From NCBI GenBank assembly GCA_963706955.1, contig CAVPOC010000003.1:160001-224000 (forward strand): 64,000 nt of DNA, written 5' to 3'. The stretch comes from an uncultured Verrucomicrobiae bacterium. GTDB taxonomy: Bacteria > Verrucomicrobiota > Verrucomicrobiia > Chthoniobacterales > Terrimicrobiaceae. The notes under the pieces are model-generated. The model made no database searches and was not told where the DNA came from. It saw only the letters and a program-made list of their open reading frames with translations. Position numbers and translations under genes: made by a program. How positions within the stretch are numbered: position 1 is the stretch's first letter; each line of letters starts with the position of its first letter. This document shows, in pieces, positions 54,217 to 64,000 of this stretch.

Positions 54217-54789
54217 GCGGCAGCTCTGGCCGGAACATCCCTGCAACAAAAAAGTCGCCTTTGACCTGGAGGCGTGCGGCGATAATGATACCGCCGGGTT
54301 CACGGACGAGCCGGTCTATCGTGAGCCGTGCCCACTCGTGAAAAAATCGATAACCATTGAAAGAAGAGAGCAGGGCGAGATGATATGTCAGATGTCCAAA
54401 GTAGCTCCGGCGATCGTGACGCAACTCGCGCAAGAGCTGCCCAAATGCCGCGGTGGTGTGATTGCGTACCTGGATGTTCTCAGGCGCGAACTCACGAGCC
54501 GCGCATTCAGCTGACGGACTGGTCGACACAGGACGTTATAGAGCGGCGCGAGCGCTGCTTTAACCTCGAGGTGTTGAGAGGCGCTGTGTCGCGACTCGCC
54601 TCCTCGTAGAACTCCCTTGTCGGGCTTCAGACAAGGTCTCGGTGGCAGGCCTTCAGCGCCTGCCCACGCGATGAGTTTAAGCCAAGTGTGCCGTAAGCGA
54701 TAAGGGGATCGTGTGAAAGGTGACGCTCTGCGGCGGCTGTTAGGACCCCGTCAAAAAGCGAAATCCTCACGCCCGCCGCTTTCGCCCTT

Positions 54790-55271
54790 CCTTCGAAAGA
54801 AAGATTATCCCTTTGTCGGAGATACGCGGTATTTGGAACCCGGTCCCCCGTGGTGCTGGTGAGCTCAGCGTCGACGGAAAGACAAACATCATGACCATGG
54901 GCTGGCATATGGTGTTGGATTTGCTCCATCACTCGTGGCCCGTTGCATATCGAGTGTAACCACAGCTTCGACATGGTCCGTTGCGGCAAGGAAGTGTGAT
55001 CAATGTGCCAACCGATCTGGTGAACGAGGTGATCGGCAGGAAGTAAAAGCCTTACAACATCCGCATCACCGTGATCTCACCGGGCGCGATGGTGACGGAA
55101 CTGCCGAGCAGCGTCACCGAGCCGGACGTCGCCGAGCGCGTCCGCAAGCATCACGAGGAGTTCGGAATCCCTGCCGACTCATTCGCGCGGGCAGTCGCAT
55201 TCGCCATCAGCCAGCCGGAGGAGATGGATGTGAGCGAGATCGTGTTCCGGGGCACGCGCGAGGCATTTTAG
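54790..55271 (+). pseudogene. Degenerate flavin-reductase copy fused to the 3' end of an SDR
   Basis: 54790-55037 aligns to 46760-47010 with many indels; then [43 protein letters not shown]. Confidence 0.75.
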
Positions 55272-55417
55272 GCTGGCTGCCAAGGCGCTAAGCCAGCGGC
55301 TCTGGCTGGCCAAAGAGGTTGGTTCCCGGCGGGGGAATAGTGGCGGGAACGAGCGCTGCGGTCGCGGATTCGGCGGAGCAGGCTTTGACGGTGATGGATG
55401 CGGGATGGCTCATGGTT

Positions 55418-55984
55418 TCATGATAGGGTTTTGATGATCTTCGCAGGGATTCCGCCCACGGCTGTATGATCGGGAACGTCTTTGGTAACGACCGCGCCAG
55501 CCGCCACGATGGCATTTTCCCCGATGGTCACGCCTTGCATGATGGTGGCATTGGCACCGATCCACGCGTTCTTTTTGATATGAATCGGCGCCACGGTCAG
55601 CGAGTGTCTGTTTTCTGGCGAAATGGGGTGCCCTTCGGTGAGCAGGCTGACTTTGGGAGCGATGAAGACGCGGTCCTCGATGGTAATCCCTCCGAAATCC
55701 AGAAAAACACAGTCGAAGTTGATGAAGACGTTTTTCCCGATTTTCGTATGCTTCCCGTAATTGACGTGGAATGGGGGGAAGATCGCGCTGCTTTCGTCGA
55801 TTTCCGTGCCCGTGATCCGGCTTAGCAAGGCGCGCATTTCCTCCGGGTCGGTGGACTGATTCAATTGCAGGAGCAATTTCCTCGTGGCGAACGAGACGTC
55901 CCGAAGTTTGTGGTATTCGGGGTCGTCGAAGGGGACATTTTCGCCGTTCCGAAGACGCGCGAAAATATCGGGCGCTTGTTTCAT
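55418..55984 (-). CDS. Sugar O-acetyltransferase (maltose/galactoside type, hexapeptide repeats)
   Basis: [52 protein letters not shown]. Confidence 0.92.
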   Translation of the reverse strand: MKQAPDIFARLRNGENVPFDDPEYHKLRDVSFATRKLLLQLNQSTDPEEMRALLSRITGTEIDESSAIFPPFHVNYGKHTKIGKNVFINFDCVFLDFGGITIEDRVFIAPKVSLLTEGHPISPENRHSLTVAPIHIKKNAWIGANATIMQGVTIGENAIVAAGAVVTKDVPDHTAVGGIPAKIIKTLS

Positions 55985-56046
55985 GCGGTTGAAATGGGAA
56001 GCGGTCGCGCGTCAGATTGCGACGCGCCCTGACGCGCGACGAAGCA

Positions 56047-57138
56047 TCACTTCAGGTTCTTGGTGTAAAATCCCGTGAGTTTGTCGAAGGGGATTTTGCC
56101 CATATTATCATACAAATCCACGTGGTCTGCTTCGGGCACAATCACCAATTCCTTGGGGTCGGAAGCCATCTCATAAACATCTTCGGAATAATAACGTGAG
56201 TGGGCATTTTCTCCCGCCACCAACAGAATCGGGCGTGGGGAAATCATTTCAATGTTTGCATACATCGGGAAGCTGAAGAACGACATTGGTGTTGTGGCTG
56301 TCCACGCCGTTGTAGAGTTGATGCCTCTTGGATGGAAACCACGCGGGGTTCTGTAATAATCGAAGAAAGCAACCAAAACGGGGTCTGGATTCTCGGGCAA
56401 GGCCTCGGGAAGGATGCAATCTCCCTTTACGATATTGCCATTTTTGTCAAACGGGACTTCGTGATAGCCTAACGAATAATTGCCATTTTCCGCATCCACC
56501 CAACGCTGCTGACTGATGTAATCAATAACCTTTTGGCGCTGTTCCTTTGTATAACTATCCTTATAACCGCGGCTCATGCTGCGGGACATATCATACATGG
56601 AAACCGTGGCTACCGCTTTAATGCGCGTATCGCTGGTGGCGGCAGTCAGTGCCATACCGCTGTAACCACAAATTCCTAAAGCACCGATGCGGTTACGGTC
56701 AACGGAAGCCTGCAATCCGAGAAAATCCACCGCCGCGCTGAAATCCTCGGTATTGATATCCGGCGAGGCGATATGACGCGGCTCGCCACCACTCTCTCCG
56801 GTGTAGGACGGATCGAAAGCCAGCGTGACGAATCCGCGTTCCGCCATGGCTTGCGCATACAAGCCCGAGGACTGTTCCTTCACCGCGCCAAAGGGGCCGC
56901 TAACAGCAATCGCCGCCAAGCGTTTGTCGCCACGATCCTTCGGCTGATACAGGTCGGCGGACAGAGTGATGCCGTAGCGGTTCTTGAAGGTGACCTTCTG
57001 ATGCTCAACCTTTTCGCTCTTAGGGAAGGTCTTGTCCCACTCGTCATTGGATTTGGCGAAGGTAGAGAATGAGGTGGCCATAAGTGTCAGTGTTGTGATC
57101 AGATGTTTCATGGTTATTGGTTTTTTCATCGGGTTCAT
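56047..57138 (-). CDS. Alpha/beta hydrolase (YcjY-like) with signal peptide
   Basis: GPFGAVKEQSSGLYA, AFDPSYTGESGGEPR, GICG nucleophile elbow, HVDLYD. Confidence 0.9.
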   Translation of the reverse strand: MNPMKKPITMKHLITTLTLMATSFSTFAKSNDEWDKTFPKSEKVEHQKVTFKNRYGITLSADLYQPKDRGDKRLAAIAVSGPFGAVKEQSSGLYAQAMAERGFVTLAFDPSYTGESGGEPRHIASPDINTEDFSAAVDFLGLQASVDRNRIGALGICGYSGMALTAATSDTRIKAVATVSMYDMSRSMSRGYKDSYTKEQRQKVIDYISQQRWVDAENGNYSLGYHEVPFDKNGNIVKGDCILPEALPENPDPVLVAFFDYYRTPRGFHPRGINSTTAWTATTPMSFFSFPMYANIEMISPRPILLVAGENAHSRYYSEDVYEMASDPKELVIVPEADHVDLYDNMGKIPFDKLTGFYTKNLK

Positions 57139-57160
57139 GGTAAGTCTCTTCACCGGGGCC

Positions 57161-57221
57161 ATTATAACTCCGTCAACGCCACACCGCTCGCGTGATTCTG
57201 CTCAGCCTGTCGCGATCCTGC
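57161..57221 (-). promoter_or_regulatory. Tandem box copy 6 plus perfect -10 TATAAT (minus strand)
   Basis: GCAGGATCGCGACAGGCTGA-GCAGAATCACGCGAG, 20 nt, TATAAT; directly after an AraC remnant. Confidence 0.8.
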
Positions 57222-57249
57222 TAAAATTTTCCGCGGGCACGTCGCGCAG

Positions 57250-57575
57250 CGTTCTCTCCCGATACTCGTGGGGACTGATCCCGTTTCCTTGCGGAAGACG
57301 TTGGCGAATGGCTAGGGCTGGTATAGCCGACATCCATGCCGATCTCGATGACGGGCTTCGTTGTCTCACGCAAAAGCTCCTGGGCTTTCGACATCCCCAG
57401 GCGGATGAAATACTGGGAAGGTGAGCAGCCGGTGTTGCCTTTAAGACATGGGAAAAGTGTGACTCGCTCATTTTAACCGCTGCCGCCAATTTTCCGACGT
57501 TGATGCCTTCATCAAGAAAAGCGTCCATCATCTTCAAGACCCGGTGCAGTTGAAACGCGGGAAGCGAGGTGGAAC
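57250..57575 (-). pseudogene. C-terminal AraC HTH fragment, frameshifted
   Basis: SLPAFQLHRV..MSESHFSH..SPSQYFIR..AQELLRETTKPVIEIGMDVGYTSPSH..GISPHEYR across frames. Confidence 0.8.
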
Positions 57576-58023
57576 GATGAGGGCGCCGATCGTGGAATCC
57601 CGGACAGCATTGAACTCTTTTAATTGAGGGATTCTGGCACCCCGCCCGCAAAGCTCGCGGCGGCGATCAAGTTGGGAGCTGGGCTTATGTCGGCTTTGCT
57701 CGCGCTGGGCTTGAACCTGACCGGAGTTGCCATGGTAGCAGTGCCTCTTTCACTCGCTTGGTTGGCACTCGGTCTTTGGCTGGGCCGACGACCCCGACGC
57801 GACGAAACCACATTCCTCAGTAACCTTTCAAAAACCTCAACCGTGCTTCTCACGCATACAAGGAACAGAACATGACCGTTGCTGGATTAACCGCCCGCCG
57901 ACTGCCGTCAGCACCAGTGTCAGGGCCAGCCGCCGCAGTGTCGCAGCCGTCGCGAAAACCATTTACAGATTGGCGGGCCTTGGTTCTGCTAGGATCCTGA
58001 ATACCAGCTGTGCGTTCGTCCCG

Positions 58024-58479
58024 TTACTTATCGTTCTCGAGTAGCTCGATAATCAGTTTCAAATCCCTTAGCGTGTCGATGTAGGCATAACGGCCGCCGG
58101 CAAACTCGCCTTTTTGGAGCAGCGGCATCTGCTTGCGTTCGAGCACCGCGATTTTGTCTTTCAGTCCCTCAATCTCGAACGCAATGTAATGTGGGCCTTC
58201 GCCGTTCTTGTCGAGCGATTCCCGCCAGGTGCTCGGATTGTGGTCCGGCTCGATCAATTCTATCTCAAGAGACCCCATGTCGAAGAACGCCAGCTTCGCT
58301 CTTGCTTCAGAACGCGTCCCTCTGTATTCGGTCTGCGCTTTATCGACCGCATCGGTAAGAAACCACTGAGGTTTCTCAAGGCCAAAAAAATCAGCATATG
58401 CTTGAGACGTCTTTTCAATATCGTGGACGAGGATGCCGATTAGGGTAATTACTCTCGTGCCCAGAACGTTGTTTTCCAT
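58024..58479 (-). CDS. VOC-family protein (glyoxalase/methylmalonyl-CoA epimerase-like)
   Basis: IGILVHDIE, IELIEP, GEGPHYIAF, IIELLE; GGAGG RBS. Confidence 0.88.
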   Translation of the reverse strand: MENNVLGTRVITLIGILVHDIEKTSQAYADFFGLEKPQWFLTDAVDKAQTEYRGTRSEARAKLAFFDMGSLEIELIEPDHNPSTWRESLDKNGEGPHYIAFEIEGLKDKIAVLERKQMPLLQKGEFAGGRYAYIDTLRDLKLIIELLENDK

Positions 58480-58716
58480 TTGGAACCTCCGAAGCGAAGA
58501 ATGACCTTTTCTTTTTACCAGTCAATCCGCTCCAAGATTTCCCCAGCAAAAAAGGTACTGGTTGGTCGCTAAGCCAAACGCTTTGATGACGCACCTTCAA
58601 TAACGATGGAGGGCTTGGGGGACCTGATCGTCACAAATGGACGGGATCAGCATGGCCCTTCCGCAGAGAAGTGCCCTCCTAGCTCCGTTGACAGGCTGCC
58701 GCGTCGGAGGATTTGC

Positions 58717-58777
58717 GCAAGAACGCGCTAGGGCGAGCAGGATCGCGCGAGAAGAGAAGCCCGCGATGTTGGATACT
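58717..58777 (+). promoter_or_regulatory. Tandem box copy 7 (type A) plus -10 GATACT
   Basis: GCAAGAACGCGCTAGGGCGA-GCAGGATCGCGCGAG, 20 nt, GATACT. Confidence 0.8.
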
Positions 58778-59206
58778 TCTGCGTTCCTCAAACTGCTTCA
58801 GGCGCAGCACAGAGACGTCGAAAAACATGCTTAGCGCAACTTGGAAAATGGCAACGTGAAGACGGCAACCATTGATTGCTGAATGGAAGAAGCCCTGACG
58901 CGCGGCCGACGGCCACAGGGATCCTCATGAACGATCAACACGAACAGCTCGGTAGATAGTCTTCAGAGAAATCCCGTATCCGAGAGTATCGAGACGCCGA
59001 CGGTCGCGGACATGTTGGCAACGGACCGGAAGCGATGAAAGAGATCGTGAGAAGACCTTCCCGATTGAACGACTTGCGCCACCGGAGGAGGCGCTGCCGG
59101 CGTTCTCTGGCGGTATAGCCCAGACGCGAGTTTTGTGATCAGCCACGCCGCCTGGTTGTCGATGCCGGGGACACGTCCGATAACCAAATCTGAAAGAAAA
59201 TAAGCT

Positions 59207-60223
59207 ATGAAAGGAACTGTTCTTTACGGTCCGCGCGACGTGCGCTTCGAGGAGCGCGACGAGCCAACAATCATTGAGCCAACTGATGCCATTATCAGGA
59301 TCTCGGCCACCTGCGTCTGCGGGTCCGACCTGTGGCCCTACCGCGGTATTAGCACAATCCTCGAGCCGACACCGATGGGGCACGAATACTGCGGCATCGT
59401 CGAGGAGGTCGGCAGTGCGGTCGCATCGGTCAAGCCCGGGCAGTTTGTCATCGGATCCTTCGCCACTTCCGACAACACCTGTCCTCACTGCCGGGCCGGC
59501 TACCAGTCGTCCTGCATGCACCGCGAGTTCATGACTAGGGCGCAAGCACCGGTGCTGCGCGTGCCGCTCGCAGACGGGACGCTGGTTGCTACGCCAAACG
59601 TTCCTTCGGACGACATGATCCCGAGCCTGCTGACAACGTCGGATGTTCTGGGCACCGGCTGGTTCGCTGCCGATGCGGCCAACGTGAAACCGGGTTCAAC
59701 CGTCGTGGTCGTCGGTGACGGCGCCGTCGGCCTCCTCGCGGTGCTCTCCGCCAAGCAGAAGGGTGCCGGGCGAATTATCGCGATGAGCCGTCACGACTCT
59801 CGCCAGAAGCTCGCCGGCGAGTTTGGCGCGACCGACATCGTGGCCGAACGCGGCGACGAGGGCGTTGCCCGCATCAAGGAACTGACCGACGGAATCGGTG
59901 CTGACGCGGTGCTCGAGTGCGTCGGCACGCACGACTCAATGATGCAGGCGATCAATTCGACCCGCCCGGGCGGGTCCGTGGGCTACGTCGGCGTCCCGCA
60001 CGGAGTAGAGATCAACGGCGAGGGGCTTTTCTTCACCCACGTCCGTCTCCACGGTGGCCCCGCGCCGGTGCGCCGCTTCCTGCCCGAGCTAATCGACCTG
60101 GTATGGAACCGGAAGATCAACCCTGGCAAAGTCTTCGACCTGACGCTGCCTCTTGAGGAGGTGGCCGAGGGCTACCGCGCGATGGACGAGCGCCGCGCGA
60201 TCAAGACGCTTCTGCGTCCGTGA
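59207..60223 (+). CDS. Zinc-dependent alcohol dehydrogenase family protein (intact copy)
   Basis: 338 aa; CVCGSDL, GHEYCG, GDGAVG. Confidence 0.95.
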   Translation: MKGTVLYGPRDVRFEERDEPTIIEPTDAIIRISATCVCGSDLWPYRGISTILEPTPMGHEYCGIVEEVGSAVASVKPGQFVIGSFATSDNTCPHCRAGYQSSCMHREFMTRAQAPVLRVPLADGTLVATPNVPSDDMIPSLLTTSDVLGTGWFAADAANVKPGSTVVVVGDGAVGLLAVLSAKQKGAGRIIAMSRHDSRQKLAGEFGATDIVAERGDEGVARIKELTDGIGADAVLECVGTHDSMMQAINSTRPGGSVGYVGVPHGVEINGEGLFFTHVRLHGGPAPVRRFLPELIDLVWNRKINPGKVFDLTLPLEEVAEGYRAMDERRAIKTLLRP

Positions 60224-60621
60224 ATCAACAGGCCACAATGGGGACATGGTCGAACGACCAACTGCGCAGGATCGCTCAGGCCGATAACCTGCACATCTCC
60301 CCGTTTCGCGAGGACGGTGTGACCTACGGCACGCCAACGTGGATTTGGTCGGTCGCGGTTGGCGACGATCTCTACGTGCGCGCCTACTACGGGCAGATCT
60401 CCCGCTGGTACCAGGCTGCGGTGCGGGAGAAGGCCGGGCGGATCACTGCCGCCGGTATGACCAAGGAAGTCACCTTCGAGCCAGTCGAGGGGCGGATCAA
60501 CGAACGAATCGATGACGCCTACCGGGCCAAGTACCATGGCAGCCCGTATCTCAACTCGATGATCAATGAACGCGCTCGTTCCGCGACAGTCAAAATCGTG
60601 CCACGCAAGAGCAAGGGCTGA
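60220..60621 (+). CDS. DUF2255-family protein
   Basis: LHISPFREDGVTYGTPTWIWSV, YVRAY, IDDAYRAKY; overlaps the ADH stop. Confidence 0.85.
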   Translation: MNQQATMGTWSNDQLRRIAQADNLHISPFREDGVTYGTPTWIWSVAVGDDLYVRAYYGQISRWYQAAVREKAGRITAAGMTKEVTFEPVEGRINERIDDAYRAKYHGSPYLNSMINERARSATVKIVPRKSKG

Positions 60622-60815
60622 CCATGGCCGCGACGAGCAAAATACAAGGATCAGACGTCTTCATTTCGTCCTCGGCTGGGCGATGCCCCACGGTCACGCC
60701 GTCTCTGGCGCTAACAACACGATGACTAAGGGGATTGACGGCATGAAGATTAGCCAGTGAAACGATTGCTTATGGTTCAATATTCTAATGCACAGGCCAA
60801 TGAAGACCAAATTCC

Positions 60816-61274
60816 ATGAAACATTCACTCTTAGTTGTTCTCTGTGTGTTTTCCCTTTTCCCGGATTTCGCCTCTGCTAACCCCGGCGCCGGAAACATTG
60901 ACGATAGTAACCCACATCCAGCTGGCAATAAAATGAGAATTAAAATCGGAACTAAGACGTTCCCCGCGACACTTTATGACAATGCCACAGCGGCCGCATT
61001 CAAATCGCTGTTGCCGATGACCGTCAAGATGGTTGACCTAAATGAAAACGAGAAATATTTCGATTTGCCGGGCAATCTGCCAACCAACGCATCTAATCCC
61101 GGAACAATCCAAAGCGGCGATTTGATGATTTATGGTCCTAATACCCTGGTGCTCTTCTACAAAACATTTTCTACATCCTACGGCTATACAAGGCTCGGAC
61201 GTATCGATGATACTAAGGGGCTTGCTTCCGCAGTTGGTTCCGGAACTTTAACGGTTACTTACGAACTGGAGTAA
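60816..61274 (+). CDS. Cyclophilin-like fold protein with signal peptide
   Basis: [42 protein letters not shown]. Confidence 0.85.
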   Translation: MKHSLLVVLCVFSLFPDFASANPGAGNIDDSNPHPAGNKMRIKIGTKTFPATLYDNATAAAFKSLLPMTVKMVDLNENEKYFDLPGNLPTNASNPGTIQSGDLMIYGPNTLVLFYKTFSTSYGYTRLGRIDDTKGLASAVGSGTLTVTYELE

Positions 61275-61472
<198 letters not shown>

Positions 61473-61599
61473 TTCGCGACCTCATCTGGTGATGAAAACT
61501 CTGGCCCGGAAAAACCGAGTGCACGAGACTCCTCGCATGCAGAAACAGAAGGCGAACTACAAACCAAACCAAAATCCGCTCGAAAAGCACGGCTCGTCC

Positions 61600-62484
61600 A
61601 TGGACCGTCGAAGATTTGTCGTCGCGGGAGTGGAGGTAGGCTTTGGGGTAGTCGCGGGGTCCCTTATGCCAACCGCAACGTCCATCGCGCAAGCCACGTT
61701 GAATCCTCGGAAGGAACAAACTTCGACGTCGTCTCCTTCGAACACCAACCAGACCGCTCGTATCTTCATCACCGGCTCCGCTGACGGGCTTGGACACGCT
61801 GCGGCTAAAACGCTGCTCGCTGACGGATACCAAGTCGTGGTCCATGTTCGCTCTGAGGCTCGGCTCACCGCCGTGCAAGACCTTGTGGATCAGGGAGCCA
61901 TTCCGACAATCGGGGATCTTTCAGACTTCGCGCAGACGAGAGACCTCGCCAGCCAAGTCAATAAGATCGGACAGATGGATGCAGTCATTCATAACGCGGG
62001 TGTTTACTCAGGTCCACAAGTGCTTCCCGTAAACGTCGTTGCTCCCTATCTACTGACGGCGTTAATCCATCGCCCCAAACGGCTGATCTATTTGAGCAGT
62101 GGTATGCACACCGGTGGACGAACAACCCTCATTGGCATGGACTGGACTGGTCGCACTTCCACTGGTTCCTACTCGGACAGCAAGCTTTTCGTGACGACCC
62201 TTGCCGCAGCCGTCGCTCGAATCTGGCCTGACGTTCTCAGCAACTCTGTCGATCCGGGCTGGGTGCCGACCAAAATGGGGGGAGCTAATGCGCCAGATGA
62301 CCTGCGGCTGGGACATCTTACTCAAGAGTGGCTTGCTACTAGCAATGATCCTGAAGCGCTTACGAGCGGAGGGTATTGGCATCATCAACGACGCGCTAAG
62401 CCGCATCCCGCTGTCCACGATACAGAGTTCCAAGCTCAGCTGCTCGACGAACTCGCTCGTGCAACAGGCACTCCGCTGGCATGA
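61600..62484 (+). CDS. SDR oxidoreductase with twin-arginine-like leader (intact copy)
   Basis: MDRRRFVVAG..ATSIAQA leader; FITGSADGLG, HNAG, YSDSKL; start could be 61537. Confidence 0.9.
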   Translation: MDRRRFVVAGVEVGFGVVAGSLMPTATSIAQATLNPRKEQTSTSSPSNTNQTARIFITGSADGLGHAAAKTLLADGYQVVVHVRSEARLTAVQDLVDQGAIPTIGDLSDFAQTRDLASQVNKIGQMDAVIHNAGVYSGPQVLPVNVVAPYLLTALIHRPKRLIYLSSGMHTGGRTTLIGMDWTGRTSTGSYSDSKLFVTTLAAAVARIWPDVLSNSVDPGWVPTKMGGANAPDDLRLGHLTQEWLATSNDPEALTSGGYWHHQRRAKPHPAVHDTEFQAQLLDELARATGTPLA

Positions 62485-62615
62485 TTGATAAGCCTCAAGT
62501 CATATTTGACCATTGGCAGCAAATGTTGGGAATGCGTGACTACGCGCTGCGCATTCGGGCGGAGTTTCATAAAAGTGTCCCCCTAATCAACAGTAAAAGA
62601 GCGCGCCGCTTTTCC

Positions 62616-62676
62616 GCAAGAATGCGACAGGCGTCGCAAGATCCCGAGAGCAGCCACTTGTTCGATGGTCGATCGT
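62616..62676 (+). promoter_or_regulatory. Tandem box copy 8 (type B)
   Basis: GCAAGAATGCGACAGGCGTC-GCAAGATCCCGAGAG, 20 nt, GATCGT. Confidence 0.75.
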
Positions 62677-62691
62677 CCCTTCGAAAAACTT

Positions 62692-62898
62692 ATGTCACAG
62701 AAGATTACAGAATTCGTTCATTGCTTTCGACCACTTTGCATATCTCCCGCCCAGGTGAGAGCGTCCGAGGTCCCGCCATCAAGACGGATTAACCGCGCCA
62801 AGCTGCTGGACCAGCGCGCGACGGTGAGTCGGATCTCAATCGTGTTCACTGTTGGTGAGCCGGTGATTTACCAACAGCAGCCCGACCGACTCGCCTAA
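62692..62898 (+). CDS. 68-aa small ORF of the VFTVGxPxxY family
   Basis: MSQKITEFVH...RISIVFTVGEPVIYQQQPDRLA*. Confidence 0.55.
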   Translation: MSQKITEFVHCFRPLCISPAQVRASEVPPSRRINRAKLLDQRATVSRISIVFTVGEPVIYQQQPDRLA

Positions 62899-63130
62899 CC
62901 AGCAATCGAAGTTTGAGTTGAGCTTGTCTACTTGAGCGGCGCAAATTTAGTCGAAATGCATTAGCAAACCAATGAGCGGCCGCGGCGACAAAGATCTTGC
63001 GCTATCGGCGAACGTCAGCAAGTACGAAGAGGTGAAGATTTTGCTCGGTCCCGGAATTTTAAGTCCAAATTCCTCACCGCAAGTCGTTGCTTCGCCGAGC
63101 CAATAGCCGAGATTCCGCTATCCATAGACT

Positions 63131-63637
63131 GTGAGCATTTCCCGACGCAGCTTTCTTAGGATTGCCAGCGCGGCGCTTGCCACGCCGGCGGTTCTCCGCG
63201 CCCAAGTCGAAACCCATGTAACCCAAACAGAAAAGATCAGTATGGAAATCAAAAGAATTGGCTCGCAACCATCCAGCAAGGGACCGGCCGACTGGTTTAC
63301 CGGCACAGTGCGCATTGATCCATTGTTCCAACCAAACGCCCCGGCTCGCACTTCTGGCGCCAGTGTCACGTTCGAACCCGGCGCCCGAACAGCCTGGCAT
63401 ACGCATCCGCTTGGGCAGACTTTGATCGTCACCGCCGGTTGCGGATGGGTGCAGCAGGAGGGCGGTCCGATTGAGGAGATCCATCCCGGCGATGTGATCT
63501 CGATCCCGCCAGGCGAAAAGCATTGGCACGGCGCCACGCCGACGACGGCCATGACGCATATCGCCATTCAAGAAGCGCTCGACGGCAAGGTGGTGGACTG
63601 GTTGGAAAAAGTCAGCGACGAACAATACCGCCAGTGA
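63131..63637 (+). CDS. Cupin domain protein with twin-arginine leader
   Basis: SRRSFLR leader; [37 protein letters not shown]. Confidence 0.92.
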   Translation: MSISRRSFLRIASAALATPAVLRAQVETHVTQTEKISMEIKRIGSQPSSKGPADWFTGTVRIDPLFQPNAPARTSGASVTFEPGARTAWHTHPLGQTLIVTAGCGWVQQEGGPIEEIHPGDVISIPPGEKHWHGATPTTAMTHIAIQEALDGKVVDWLEKVSDEQYRQ

Positions 63638-63830
63638 ACTCAGCCCCCGAGGGAAACTTTGCCGCACATTATCGTAGAACTCCGGCCTGGAAATCCGAAC
63701 AGCCGAAAAGTCGACTTACCCAGTAAATTGCTAAGGATGCAATCGAAGTGTCAGACTTGGGAAAAGCGTTCCTTTTCGATAGTCATCAAAGAGGTCAGGC
63801 CACATGATTAAGCTGAGAGGTATTGAAGGA

Positions 63831-64000
63831 ATGACTATCAAACGACTATATATTGCGATCGCTTTGCTTTTCCTGGCCGAATGGCAAGCTTTGGCACAGA
63901 TGCGGTCTAATCAGGAAACAGGAAATTCCGCTCGCATGAATAGAATAGATAGAGCTAAGCAAAAATATCAGGAGTTGTTTGGTCCGCAGACAGTGGCAAC
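63831..64000 (+). CDS. Partial gene (5' end), probably carboxymuconolactone decarboxylase family, with signal peptide
   Basis: MTIKRLYIAIALLFLAEWQALAQ...MNRIDRAKQKYQELFG runs off the window; assignment rests on N-terminal resemblance and cupin context. Confidence 0.5.
   Translation, partial: MTIKRLYIAIALLFLAEWQALAQMRSNQETGNSARMNRIDRAKQKYQELFGPQTVA

Noticed and set aside
54191..54514. 107-aa ORF after the GNAT and its antisense counterpart
   Set aside because: Neither strand shows a recognisable family signature.

Overview
GC-rich bacterial accessory DNA with no rRNA, tRNA, CRISPR array, integrase or intact transposase that I can recognise. The repeat families and gene content suggest a soil Verrucomicrobiota/PVC-type organism (tentative inference). 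About a dozen otherwise intact genes are broken by 1-2 nt frameshifts, probably long-read or assembly errors. Layout: (1) 0.2-8.6 kb, a GPH sugar symporter and a two-gene RHS locus (RHS protein with an unassigned C-terminal tip, plus a YD/IPT/5x PPC-like repeat protein), bracketed by a 32-bp direct repeat; (2) 8.7-21.4 kb, SDR, aroE, MOSC, an iolG-SDR-LacI unit with a perfect sigma70 promoter, AraC-DoxX-YciI and a Rieske fusion; (3) 22-30 kb, an RND pump, an arginase gene between identical 34-bp repeats, and hypotheticals; (4) 30.5-35.5 kb, a divergent DUF2182/2xDUF899/GFA versus HTH/beta-propeller cluster of unknown function; (5) 36-42.2 kb, rare-sugar/inositol uptake and catabolism genes; (6) 42.2-64 kb, a duplicated and shuffled redox/detoxification island. 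Region 6 is the most striking. It holds eight copies of a 20-bp-period tandem box (consensus GCA(A/G)GA(A/T)NNNGN(C/T/G)AG, twice) at a near-fixed distance from a -10 element, next to an AraC gene. It also holds a three-member small-ORF family sharing a synonymously conserved (V/I)VFTVG(G/E)P(L/V)(V/I)Y motif, candidate leaderless micro-ORFs, and a twin-arginine-like leader module copied in front of different enzymes.
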